Source: Eledone cirrhosa
Taxonomy: Eukaryota
DNA: 64,000 nt
NCBI GenBank assembly: GCA_964016885.1
Contig: OZ024744.1
Coordinates: 31,620,001 to 31,684,000, forward strand
Direction: 5' to 3'
Positions 14,777 to 27,497 of this stretch are shown one piece after another; the first letter of the stretch is position 1, and each line of letters starts with the position of its first letter. A program made the position numbers and the translations under genes. The notes beneath the pieces were generated by a model. It ran no database searches, was not told the origin of the DNA, and was given only the letters and a program-made list of their open reading frames with translations.

Positions 14777-14933
14777 CGAAGGAAATGTGGTAAGGAACCA
14801 GGTGGACCATAACGCACCAAAGTACTCAATACTTGAGGTAGTAGAGTGGGTAATAGGAACCAGTAAGACCCCGACAGCTGAGCTCAAGCCGTCGAAACGG
14901 CTTGAGCTCAGCTGTCGGGGTCTTACTGGTTCC

Positions 14934-14935
<2 letters not shown>
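14773..14935 (-). mobile_element. (TA)n-inserted mini-element, GTCGAAACGGCTTGAGCTC family, copy 3 (hairpin form)
   Basis: GAGCTCAAGCCGT-CGAA-ACGGCTTGAGCTC perfect fold-back with a ~40-bp stem; flanked by (TA)n. Confidence 0.7.
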
Positions 14936-14970
<35 letters not shown>

Positions 14971-14971
14971 G

Positions 14972-15048
<77 letters not shown>

Positions 15049-15885
15049 GTATATATATATATATATATGTTTGTTTGTAGCTATGTATGTGTATATATAT
15101 GTATATATATATATATACATATAAATATATATATATATATACATACCTAGCTATCTTTTCAACCAACTATTTTTCTATATGTGTATATATAAATATTACA
15201 TGCACACACACATATGTGTGTGTACCCGTGTGTGTGTGTTAGTATGTGCATGTACATGTGTGTCTGTCTGTGTGTATGTGTGTATGTGCATGCGTGTGTG
15301 TGTATGTCTGTGTGTGTGCATGCGTGTGTGTATGTATGTGTGCATGCGTGTGTGTGTGTGTGTGTATGTCTGTGTGTGAGTCTGTGTGTGTGTGTATATA
15401 TGTGTGTTCGTCTGTGTGTGTGTATGTCTGTGTGTGTGTGTATGTATGTGTGTATGTCTCTGTATGTGTGTATGTATGTATGTCTGTGTCTGTGTGTACG
15501 TCTGTGTCTGTGTGTGTGTATGTATGTCTGTGTATGTGTGTGTGTATGTATGTGTGCATGTCTCTGTGTGTGTGTATGTCTGTGTGCGTGTGTATGTCTG
15601 TGTGTATGTCTCTGTGTGTGTGTATGTCTGTGTGTGTGTCTCTCTGTGTGTGTGTGTCTGTGTGTGAGTGTGTGTGGTTTATAGGTTATGGAATGGAAAC
15701 TAGACTTCTTGTATTCTTCGTCTTATAATCGTTTCGCCCTTTTTTCTTTAACACTCTTTTACTCTTTCACCTGTTTCAGCCATTAGGCTGAGGCCATGCT
15801 GAGGCACCGCCCTTGTAATAATAGTTTAGTATTTTATTTAATCTTAATTATGTTTTACATTCCAATATGTGTATTATGTTATGTT

Positions 15886-16458
15886 GTGAAACCTGGGCCT
15901 CCCATGTGTGACATCACGCCATCTTGGGAATTGTTTGAAGGTTTAAGGTCAAGGGTATACGGGAGATGGTAGAGCATGCCTAGTACGTAATGGAGTTGGA
16001 GTGAAACCTGGGCCTCCCATGTGTGACATCACGCCATCTTGGGAATTGTTTGAAGGTTTAAGGTCAAGGGTATACGGGAGATGGTAGAACATGCCTAGTA
16101 CGTAATGGAGTTGGAGTGAAACCTGGGCCTCCCCATGTGTGACATCACGCCATCTTGGGAATTGTTTGAAGGTTTAAGGTCAAGGGTATACGGGAGATGG
16201 TAGAACATGCCTAGTACGTAATGGAGTTGGAGTGAAACCTGGGCCTCCCCATGTGTGACATCACGCCATCTTGGGAATTGTTTGAAGGTTTAAGGTCAAG
16301 GGTATACGAGAGATGGTAGAGCAAGCCTAGTACGTAATAGAGTTGGAGTGGAACCTGACCCTCCCCTTGTGTGACATCACGCCATCTTGGGAATTGTTTG
16401 AAGGTTTAAGGTCAAGGGTATACGAGAGATGGTAGAGCAAGCCTAGTACGTAATGGAG
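15886..16458. repeat. 115-116-bp tandem repeat, 5 copies
   Basis: Unit GTGAAACCTGGGCCTCCCATGTGTGACATCACGCCATCTTGGG...GTACGTAATGGAGTTGGA starts at ~15886, 16001, 16116, 16232 and 16348. Confidence 0.95.
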
Positions 16459-16734
16459 ACGTAGTCACTCCAGGTAATAAGAGTTATTGTTTAACATCTA
16501 TTCTTATACAGAAACTGTAATTTGACGAGTGCAGCTTGAAAACGTCCGTCTCCCCCATAATCATATTTAACGTGCGTTAAGAGTAGGGAAATATAGATAA
16601 TGTCTCAGGTAGGGAATATAGGGGATGTTTCAGTTCTCGTATAGACATTTAGTTTATGGCTTTCTTTTTTAAGAATGTAATTTGTACAAGTTTGTTTTCC
16701 GACGTTCTTGTCCACGAGATGTTTTGTTTATAAC

Positions 16735-16960
16735 ACAATAACAATACTGGTTTATGATCTAGGCCAACGATTTGAAGGGGATGGGGAAAATCGATTAATT
16801 CGATTCCAGTGTATTACTGGTACTTTATTTTATCGACTCTGTAAAGATGCAAGGCAAAGCTCACCTCGGCAGGATTTGAACTCAGACTGTAAAGGGCCAT
16901 AACTCTATGCTGCAGTGCATGGTGTCTGACGCTCTACCGATGCTGCCAATCCACCGACCT
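16735..16960 (-). mobile_element. tRNA-derived SINE (same family as the array SINEs), diverged
   Basis: Reverse complement reads GGTGGATTGGCAGCATCGGTAGAG...GAGTTCAAATCC...GTCGATAAAATAAAGTACCAG. Confidence 0.75.
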
Positions 16961-17160
16961 TGTGAATTTGATAATAATATTAAGAACAATATCGATGATG
17001 GTCATAATGATAAATGTTTTCTAATTTAGGCACAAGACCATTTGGCGCTGAACTTTACTTGTAATGTCCACCTTCTGTGTTCTTGTAATAATAAAGAAGA
17101 AATTATTATTAAGTTACCGCTGAATGATAAAGGTAATGTATGTACTTGTAACACCTGATG

Positions 17161-18720
17161 GGGCATAAGGCGCGTCTTTGGAATATGCCGACGACGTCAC
17201 CATGGTGGTGTCGAACACTAAACATATTGAGTCGATTGGCACCATTCTAGGAGAAAATGAAATGATAACAGGAGCAAAAATTAACGCGGAAAAGTCGGTA
17301 GGCCTGCGGCTCGTTACCCCGAAAGGCAAGTCCATGTCGTCCAATAGCGTCACAGGGTGTTGAGCGGACGGCTCGGTTAAAATGCTCGGGATCTAGTTTA
17401 ATCCAGACCGCCAAATAGCCAAAAACTGGGACGAGGTAACGAACAGGGTGGCCATATTCACCCAGAAAAAAGGCCGGGCGGAAGCTATCTCTGGAAGTTC
17501 GGGAAGAAATATCAAATGCGTACATCGCGTCCAACATCTAACATCTACTATCGATTGACCATCGTACCTTGTCCTGATCCACGTCTGACTGCAGTGGAGC
17601 GTTTGCTCTTTTGCTTTTTGTTGAAGAGAGCGTACCAATGGTTAGATGGTTCATTTCCTGCCAACACCCGCTACATGAAGGACTGGACACGCCGTGGTTG
17701 ATGATGCGCAAACATGCGCTAGGGCTACGACGTCTCCAACTTGACAGTAAACAGGTGTGGTCGCCGATTGTTAGGCACATATTCACCAACTCGTCTCCTT
17801 GACAGATATGCTGTCTTGGGTCAAGCGAAAACCGAGAGAGAGCTCTTGGAAACCGGAATGTCTTAAAGCGTTCACATCCCTCTATAGAAGGTTAGTGGCG
17901 GGTAAAAACGATTACGTTCTTGAAGAGAGTCTGGGCATCAGAATCAACTAGTCTCTCTTTTCCGAAGGACTTTCGGTCCAGGACCTATGGAAATCTTCCA
18001 TAAACCTCTGGTTTGGTTATGCTCCCCGGTAGCATTGTCAGTTCGATATAAACTTTACAGTCGGGCCTGTCAAAGACGTGCGCAGGGTGAGACAAAACCG
18101 TCCTGCATCCACTCGTCTAGTAGCCGAGTACTGCCGACTTGTGGGTTTATGTCGAACATTTACTGCCACACGCAGGACAGATCTGACTATCAGCTGAGTC
18201 CACCGTGAGGATTGCGCGCCGCCTACTTTTAACCGGGAATGTCAGGCAGATTTTTTCTTGTGGCCATGGCGAAATAGGTCGTTTGGAGGATACATATCAA
18301 AGGATTGAAGACAAGTACATCTCTCTTCGGCGAATCCCTGATTGACTTTTTCCGGTTTCACTCGAAGACGGAAAATTAGGGTGGAGAGGGATGTGCATCT
18401 TTCCAGACTATTAGTTGAAAGATGGGTGAATGTAACCAGCATAGCCCGACTAAATAGGTCTACTTTGAGTATATGCTAGTAGATTGGAGGAGGACAACTG
18501 GAAGGCGACGTTTGCCTTAGTGGTCTGGGTGACCGTAGCCTTTTGTGGGCTTTCTCTACGTGCGATACATGGAAGTCCCCCTCCCCCGCGATTGTGGAAT
18601 TTTATTTTTACTGAATGATTTACATGTTCTTGTTAAACATTTGTATGCGCTAAAACCAATGTTTTACGGTCGTGTACTATCCTTAATGTCTTCTTAATGT
18701 GTGCCACGTGTGACTAATAA
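17161..18720 (+). pseudogene. 5'-truncated, degenerate Tx1-like LINE fragment F1 (C/D-type RT and 3' UTR)
   Basis: YADDVTMVVSNTKHIE...EKSVGL and YYRLTIVPCP with many stops and frameshifts; 3' UTR ends GACTAATAA. Confidence 0.85.
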
Positions 18721-20262
18721 CCTGGCTTCGGTGGGGTTCTGATCAATTTAGATCAATCGAAAGCTTTCGATAGGGCCGACTATCGATACCTGGAGTCTGT
18801 CCTCAAGGCAGCTGGCTTCGGTCCCGTCTTCAAAGCCTGGATCACAGTGCAATGACAGTGGAATCTGCTCGGTAACCAAAGTCAACCGTTTCAGACCTCC
18901 CGATATCTCCGTCAAGGGTGCCCTCTCTCTTCCCTTCTGTATCTATTGACTCTCGGGTCTTACCAGCGGAAACTGGAGCTGTTGTAGAGCATCCCGCTCG
19001 AAACGGGACGCGGAAAAGCTTATGTGGACGACATCACCGTAATGGTGTCGAACACCACAGAAATCGCTGTGGTCGGAAACTTATTGGAGGAATATGAAAC
19101 GTTGACTGGAGTGAAACTTAACCCGGAAAAGTCGGTGGGCTTGAGCTCGGTACCTGAAGAGGCAGGTCCATGCTGTCCAACAGCGTCGTGGGGCGCTGGA
19201 CTGACGGACCGGTAAAGTTGCTCGGGGTTTAATTCGGACTAAACCTCCAAGTGGATAAGAATTGGGATGAGATTACGATCAGGGTAGCCACTCTCACCTA
19301 GAAATGGGCCGAGAGGAAGCTGTCACTGAAATGTCGGGTGGAGGTGGTGAATGCGTACATCACGCCCGTCACCTGCACGAACGTCATACCTTGCCCCCGT
19401 TTGCGATTCGCCACATTGGAACGGCCCCTCTTCAACTTCGTGTAGAGGGGACATGTTCCGTTGGTGAGGCGGTCCATCTGCTGCCAATGCTCTCCACGCG
19501 AAGGGCTGGGTATGCGCTGACGCTGTGGTATCTCCAGATATTCTGCCTATTCGTCTCTTTGTCTGAGCTGCAGTCCTGGGACAAGAAGAGGCAATGAAGA
19601 GTGCCTGGCATCTGGAATGTTGCCAGGCACTCACTGCCCTCTACCCGGCGGGCAATGCGGTCAGTGGAACTTCCACTCTCGAATTCTATTGTCGCGTGTA
19701 GAACGGATCCGGCTATCGGCCGAATCTATAGTGAAGATCGACCCACCGCCTTCCTTTGGCCAGGAAGGGCAGGCAATTTTCCTCTGTCTGGTGGCAGTAA
19801 CGAAAGAGGTTGTATGGTGGACGAGGTTGAAAGGATTGAAGACAGACACTTTTCTCTTCGGCCAATCCCTCATCAACTTTTTCAAGTTTTACTTGGAAAG
19901 GAAGGTGAGGATGGAGAGAGAAGTGCTGTCCCGCAGTACATTTGCTAAAAGGTGGGTGAATGTGGCGAGAATGGCCCGTGTGAGTGGGCCTACTCTGAGC
20001 ATGCGCCTGTAGTTGGTTCATTTGGGTGGGGAGAGGAATGCCCTTCCCGGGTGCTCTAGAAGTGTCGAGTTGTTCAGGATTGATGGGTTACCAGAGTCGA
20101 CCCTGGGTGGTCATCCCCCTAAGGGAGAATTTTCTTTGCTGCATTTTTCTCCTTATTTTGTTATTGTTATTTATATTTTTTTACACGTTTTATATGTAAA
20201 CCCCCACTGTCCCTGTCGATTGTATTGTCCCCTATATGTCGGCACTGGAGGCCAATAAAGAC
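18721..20262 (+). pseudogene. 5'-truncated, degenerate Tx1-like LINE fragment F2 (B-type)
   Basis: LINLDQSKAFDR and C-terminus WWTRLKGLKTDTFLFGQSLINFFKF...GPTLSMRL* (20012); AATAAAG followed by (ATT)n. Confidence 0.85.
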
Positions 20263-20442
20263 ATTATTATTATTATTATTATCGATCTGTTCGGACGCTT
20301 TTTGCTCGCTCCCAGTAAGTCGCTTTATTTCCCTGTTATAATTATTTGTTGCTTAATTCTTCTTCTTGTGTAAGGAATATAAGCCCTTGGCCCAAATATT
20401 TGAACATTTAACTTAGAAAAAAAAAATTGTTTTAAAAAGAGC

Positions 20443-22162
20443 ATGGCTGAGCCACACCCCCCAGCAATATGTCTGCTGATGTGACAACGGCGTAAAAGTT
20501 GAGAGGAGGGTTAGTGAAATTCATACAACAGACACCACCACAAACAACGTGAACAAAGACAACACTGACAACACTAATTTTGAAAAAATTACCACACCAA
20601 TAATTACAACAATAACAGCGAAAACCAAAATACAGACAACGGAAAAAATGAGAATAAATGCAACAACGATATTAACACCACTAACAAGAAAATAAACGAC
20701 GACACCAACAGCAACAATACAAATTGCACCGAAAGCAACAACAACGGTGGCACCAAAAACACAACCAACTACAACAGTGATAACAGCAACAACACCAACA
20801 ACATCGTTTGTTACAGTAGCATCAGCAATAGCACCAACAACAAGACCGGTAGCGGCAGCAATAATGGTGCCGCTGAAAAAGGTGAGGCCCGAAATATAGA
20901 GAGAGTGCTAGTCACGGAGGAGGAGATGGCAGCCACAAGAACCATGGTGTCGAGAAACGACAATAGAGGTTCCCTTAAACCTCCACCCGATTTTTTCAAA
21001 GAACAGCAACTGCGCACGGTGACATACCGCACCGTAAGCAAAATATCTCATCGGGTGGAGAGAGCCTCGGGGTGCGTCTGGGCGCGCAAAACCCACATTA
21101 TCCGAGGTAAAAAGTACGCGACCCCCCCCCCCCCCCCCCCCAGAGGCGAAGTCTCACTCTTTGGAAACCCTAAAGAGTGAGGAGATAGTCTTGGTACCCT
21201 CCTACTGCGGGCAAAAAATTGTGAGGGTCACAGTGACCCAGGTCCCGCCCGACGTGCCCATACCTTGGCTGGCCGTGTCTGTACTGGCTGGAATCGAGGA
21301 GAAGACCACCATACTGCAAATACAGAGAATGGAAAGAGAGAACTGGTCAGGAATAGGCCAACAAATGCTAATACAGACTGACCAGGAGTGCATCGTGGCC
21401 ATCCCAGACATCATATACCTCGAAGAAGGGCTCCAACTCCCTATAAACGTGGAAGGAACAAAGTGCTATCTCTGTGGGCAGAAGGGTCACCTCAGGGCAT
21501 TCTGTCCGCAGAAGGCTGCCAAGAAGAGCCCCCCCCCCGCCCGCCCTCCATCCGACGCCTGTTCCGCTGCTACCAAGAGCAGGGCAGGCAACAGAGGCAG
21601 AAGACACTTCCATGGTGAGTAGGAGGGCACAAAAAGCAAGAAAGGAAAAACCCCTTAGCTTCACCCTTCAAAAGCGAAGGCCAACGAAGAGGGGTAAAAG
21701 CTGCAAGGATACTTGCAGCAACACCACCACCATCACCATCACCAACACAAGCATCGCCACCAACAACAACCACACCACCACCAGCATCACCAAAAACACC
21801 AACAACGCAAACACAACAAAACACACACACCCAACAGCAACAAAATCCCCCCTCCTCCCAAATAGTACACAGCCATAAACATGGCAAATAAAAAACTCTT
21901 ACAACATATAAAGCAGCACACAGACATCACAGAAAAAAACTACTACACTCCACCAACACCAAGAACTCTCCCGACAAACATAAACATGATTGAAATCAAA
22001 ATAGAACATTGCAAATTATTAAAACAAAAATTCACCAACGCAGTTGGAGACTTCAGAGGGTCGGTTACCAAGAGGATATACACCGACATCCTCTTGGAAA
22101 CACCCATGATCAGCCAAATGGACGGTTCTACTGTCCCTTCACCACACGATCAAGGTAAGTGA
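20443..22162 (+). pseudogene. Copy A ORF1 (gag-like, CCHC knuckle), disrupted
   Basis: Fragments RTVTYRTVS...RKTHIIRGKKYAT, CYLCGQKGHLRAFC, NAVGDFRG...TVPSPHDQGK*. Confidence 0.8.
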
Positions 22163-22194
22163 TCCTTTCTCACTTACCCCGTTTCTCATCCAAC

Positions 22195-24887
22195 ATGGCC
22201 GTACTTAGAATAGGCAGTATAAATGTACGTGGCCTGGGGTCATCTTGGAAGCATGGTCACCTGCTCAACGACCTCAGGTCACTAAACATAGATGTGGTGG
22301 CCATCAGTGAAACCAGAATCTCCGAAGCACAAGCCTTCGCAGCGATCTTCGGCGGCTACGATGTATACGCATCTCCCAGATGTCCAGGATCGGGAAGAGG
22401 GGTTGCCGTGCTTTTTCGGAGAGGCTTGGATCTCGCCATACGGGCCATCTTCCTGGACCCAGAAGGTAAGTCGGTGGTGCTGGACGTGAACAGAAGCGAA
22501 GGCAATGCTTTCAGGCTAGTAGCTGTCTACGCCCAACAGGGGCAGGACGGCCAGATTTCTTCAGACGTCTAGAGACCTTTCTTGGAACGTGCCGCTCTTT
22601 AGTGTTAGTGGGCGACTGGAACGGTATCTTAATGCACGCTGGGATTATGTGGGGATAGTAGACAGGGCAGGAGGGTGTAAAAGCCTCTACAACCTGCTCA
22701 GACGTTTTGAACTGTCTGCCAGGTATAGACTGGATTATCCGAATGTTCCAATGTGGACATGGGCATCCCGCATCGTGTCATCCAGATCGTATTTAGATAG
22801 GGTATTCTACAGAGAACTAGATATGTCCACAATTTAAAATAGTCGACTACACAGACCACAAATTTGTGATCTGTGAGATCGACATAGACAGACTTCATAA
22901 ACAAGGACTCGGTTAATGGAAACTGAACGCGTCTTTCCCGGCAGAGACCGGATTAGCATATTAGTTAAGCGGGCATTGACGGGAGCGGTCATCAACAACA
23001 GGTGGTGGTTCGCCCTGAAAAGGGCAATTAAAGTAGAGTCGATTAGGTTTAACAAAGGAGTAGTGATAGAGGAAAATAGAGTAGAGGGAGAGCTAGTCAG
23101 AAAGCTAGAAGAAGCGTTTAGGACAGGCATCGCAATCGACGTACTTGCGGCGAGATTGGCACTCGACCAATTCTTCAACGCAAAACACGAAGGCTGCGTT
23201 GTCAGAGCTAGAGCGCGTGCTCTGAAACACGAGGGGACAAAAGCCGTCCAATGGGCCCGGGTGGCAGAGGCGCGACGTGGAAACAGAGCCACAATTCGGT
23301 CTTTATCTGACCAAAACGGGCGCGTGTTGCTCGAACCCGAGCAGATCTGTGAAGCTTTTCAGCAGCACTTTGCTGAAGTGTTCGGGAGCATACCTCGACG
23401 GACTGCCTCGGCTCTCGACGACCGCAGCACAGTGTTGCGAAAAGCCAATAACAGCCGGTGAAATACGGGAAGCGATGGCTAAATGCACGAGGGGTAAATC
23501 GCCAGGTTTGGATGGTCTGCCCTACGAGCTTTATACATTTATGCCAAACTTGTTCAGTGACCTCTTGGCAGACGTCTACTGCAACTAGCAGCAGAACCGG
23601 AGCATTCCCAGTTTTGTGAGCCGGGGAGCAGTGGCGCTGCTGAGAAAAGACCCGAACAAGGGGGTTGTTATCGATAATTTCAGGCCCATAACCCTGCTAA
23701 ACGCAGAGTTCAAGATTTTGGCCAAGATGTTAGCAACGAGGTTGGAGCTTGTGGTCAAGGTTCTGGTGGGAGAAGCGCAGACATGCGCCATTCCGGACAG
23801 ATCCATACACGACAACCTCCACCTCATGGGATACATCATAGAGAGGGTGGTTAAGGAACCTGGCACGGGTGGGGCCCTGATCAACTCGGATCAATCCAAA
23901 GCATTCGATAGGGTCGACCATCGGTACTTGGCTGCGGTCCTCGGGGCAGCCGGTTTCGGGCCCGTTTTCAGGGGTTGGATCACAGCAATGTACAGCGACA
24001 TCTGCTCAGTTGTCAGGGTGAACGGTCACCTGTCGCAGCCGTTCAGCATCATGCGCTCAGTCCGCCAGGGGCGTCCCACGCGAACTAGGATGCGGGAAAT
24101 CCGAGCGGCTTACGCCGACGACTTCACCATGTTGGTGTCAAGCACCAGACACGTCCAGATGCTCGGCACCGCTCTCAAGGAATACGAAGCGGTGACAGGA
24201 GCAAAGATAAACCAGGAAAAGTCGGTGGGCTTGCAGCTCGGCATCAGTATCGGTAGAACATCCACCTCGGCGTTCTATAGAGGACTAGTGGAGAGGAAGA
24301 GCGACGACGTTCTCGGAGAGATCCTGGGCGTCGAAGAAGATCAGCTGTTTGCTCTCTTCCGGAGAACTTTCAGCCCAGGGTCTATGGATAACTTCCAAAA
24401 AACCCTGGCCTAGCAGTGCTACCGGGGAGCTTTGCCGGTTCGAGATAAGCTCTACAGGCACGGAAGTGCCCTCAGCCGAGACTGTCCGAGATGCGCGCAG
24501 ACCACGAAACCGTCGTGCACACACTCGTTCAGTGCCCGAGCATTGCTGACTTGTGGAGCTATGTTGAACAGTTGCTGTCGCGTGTAGGACTGATCCAGTT
24601 ATCGACTGAGTCCATTGTGCAGATGGTCTCGCCGTCTTCCTTCGAGGAGGAAGAGCAGGCGGTTTTCATCTGCCTGGTGGCCATAACGAAAGAGATTGTG
24701 TGGTGGACAGGGTTAAAAGGGTTAAATACAGACACTTTCCTCTTCGGCGAATCCCTAATTAGCTTTTTCAAGTTTCACTTGAAGAGGAAAATCAGGGTGG
24801 AGAGGCAAGTGCTGCCTTCTAGCAAGTTTGTTGAATGTAGCGAGAATGATCTGAGTGAACGGGACCGCTCTGAATATACGCATGTAG
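22195..24887 (+). pseudogene. Copy A ORF2 (APE endonuclease-RT), disrupted
   Basis: MAVLRIGSINVRGL...ISET; RPITLLN, DQSKAFDRVDH, YADD; deletions near 24070 and 24245. Confidence 0.85.
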
Positions 24888-25163
24888 TTTGAGAAATGAA
24901 AGATTGAGAGAGGTCATTGGCCCTGGTGGTCAGGGTGGCCGTGGTCTTTTGTGTGGTTTTCGCCACGAGTAACCCTCGGAGGTTTCCACCCTATTGGGGA
25001 ATTTTTCATTGTTTCAATTTTCATTTTTATTGTTTATATATATATGTCTTTTTTTTCTTTTCGTATATAAATAATAAACATATTTACACACACAAAACCC
25101 ACATCGTACCGTCCAGTGCCGTCTGATATGTTTTTCTTGATGTCAGCCCTTGTGGCCAATAAA

Positions 25164-25279
25164 GGTTAACTTTACCTTTTATCCTTACGGGGTCGATAAA
25201 ATAAAGTACCAGTAATGTACTGGGTTATTGCTGGCCTTGTGCCTAAAGTAGAAACAATTATTATTATTATTATTATTAT
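25164..25279 (+). mobile_element. 5'-truncated SINE with (ATT)n tail
   Basis: GGTTAACTTTACCTTTTATCCTTACGGGGTCGATAAAATAAAGTACCAG...GGCCTTGTGCCTAAAGTAGAAACA(ATT)n. Confidence 0.85.
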
Positions 25280-25505
25280 GGCCGCACATGTGTGAAGACA
25301 GACAAGTCTGCGGGGGAAACGGTTCGTAGCTTTAAGCTGTTTTAAAGTGTCTTTTTTTTGTATTTTCTTGTCATTAACGAAACTTAAGGTACACATCTTG
25401 ATTTAAAGAGAGGGATACCTCTCAATATTCGGGCTTTAAGCCCGAATATTCAGATTTATTTTTTAAATCTTCGAAAAAGAATCGCTTCCCCACCAAAAGA
25501 AAATT

Positions 25506-27488
25506 ATGGAAATTTTCGACCTTGAAACGGTAAACAACGTTCAGGTCAAAAGTTTAAAGGCAGCCACTGCAGATTTCACCACGACTACGACGGCTACACT
25601 CATGCCTGTCATCCACTCTACTGAATGTGAAGGCAAAACTAAAAAGCTACCATCACAATCTTCTGGCATAGCAGCAGTATCATCTGAAAACGACATCACC
25701 ACCACCGCCGCCACCACCACCACAACAACAACAACTCAGAGCAATAACGACAAAAACACCGACAGCTTCAATGTAAACAAGGATGGCGGTGGCAACAGCA
25801 AGAATGACAACAACAACAATAAGAGCATCAGAAACACCACATTTGCTGCAGCAGCAGCAGCAAAAACAAAGCGCTTATTGAATATCGATATTGATATTAG
25901 CGATAAAGACGAACAGTTGGCCAAAGCGTGGAGGCTAATTAAACGGGAGAAGTCCTGGGCAAACCTGACCATCCCGGACGAGGCAATAGCGGCCATGCAA
26001 AGGAGGACGGTGCTCTTTCGATGTATTTCGGTGCAGACACGAAAAGTGGAACTTGCGAGCCAAGCAGAGGTAGAGGCTGCGTTGGAGTACATCGGAAGTA
26101 ACATAGAGTACAAAGCAAGAGGCAAACAGTTCGGTACCATCTCGGTACTGTTCAAATCCGAGGCCCTCGCTATTAAGCACTCGGTGATCCCCTGCAGAAC
26201 GGAACGCATTATCATGCATCCGTCCTATATGGGTAAAAGGACAGTGAAGGTACGCATTCCCAGCATCCCACCAGGAATGAACATATGGTGGCTGCTGGGA
26301 TGCGTAATCGAGGAGGGGACAGACACCACCCTCCTGGACATCAAAAGGACAGAGTGAGAAGACTGGTCCGGAATGGATTTGGAGATTCTTCTCCAAATGA
26401 AACCGGAGGATATAAATAACACCCCAAATTTTGCCCGCCTGCAGGACGGGACAACAATCCAACTAATAATTGACGGAAGAAGGCCACGTTGCTTCGTTTG
26501 CGGGGAAGCCACGCATCTTCAAGCCTTCTGCCCTCAGCGTAAAAATGCAGGGGTCGCAAACCTCCTTTGTTGCCAACGCCAGTGTCAGCACGGAAAGCTG
26601 CACCACCACCACCACCACCAAAAACAACATCAACAAAAACACGGACACCAACATCAAAAGCAGCCGGATCACCACCAACACCAAAACCAATCCAAGGAGA
26701 AAACGAGGAAAGCTCTCCCACTCCCCCCTACCCCCCCCCAACTATATACATAGACAAAAAAAAAAAATAAACGCACACACAGACACAGAGACACTCACAG
26801 ACACAGACCCTTTGTCTTCCAGCAGCGAAGATGAAGGAAAACCCAAAAGTGCAAAAAAACAGAGAAAACTCACACAAAAAAAAAGCCCCTACAAAACACA
26901 AAAACACACACAACAAAAAATACAGACACCACTAACGCAGACACTTCCCCAATAACATCAGCACCATCAGCAACATCGACACCACCTCCACAATCCCCGA
27001 AACGCAAACAACCTAAACAAACACAAGTACAAATAAACACACAAATACCTGAAATTGCAGACACCACACCTACAACAAACATAGACATACCCGAAACAAC
27101 ACCACCAAAACCATCGCCACCACCTTCACCAAAACGAAAACAAATAAAACCACACCAACAAAATGTTAAAAACTTCGTGCTTGTCAGAAGGGCCAACGAT
27201 AAACTGATGGCCCTCTTAGCGCGAAGCGAGGACATTCAAACAGAGGGGGAGATTTTTGAAATGAGCACATTTTGCGTGCCAGAAGATTTGCTTCTGGTCC
27301 GAATGTCACTCAATTCTTTCAAAGAAATTCGAGAGAGCTTTCCTCAAGACGTGGGAAACCCGAATGTGAAACCCACATCAAGACTTTTAAAGGGGTTCCC
27401 AAAAGAAACCCCACCAACCATGGAGGTCGAACCACCCGACCTTCACAAGACCCAGGAGGTAAGTAAACCTTCCCTCTCTCTCTCTTAG
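25506..27488 (+). pseudogene. Copy B ORF1 (divergent gag-like, CCHC knuckle)
   Basis: 283-aa N-terminal ORF, in-frame TGA at 26355, then CFVCGEATHLQAFC and a Pro/Thr-rich tail with frameshifts. Confidence 0.8.
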
Positions 27489-27497
27489 CTTACCAAT

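Larger units (their letters stand above)
20283..25164 (+). mobile_element. Tx1-like LINE copy A, full-length but degenerate with internal deletions
   Basis: 5' UTR follows (ATT)n; ORF1 and ORF2 remnants; 3' UTR ends AGCCCTTGTGGCCAATAAAG. Confidence 0.85.
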
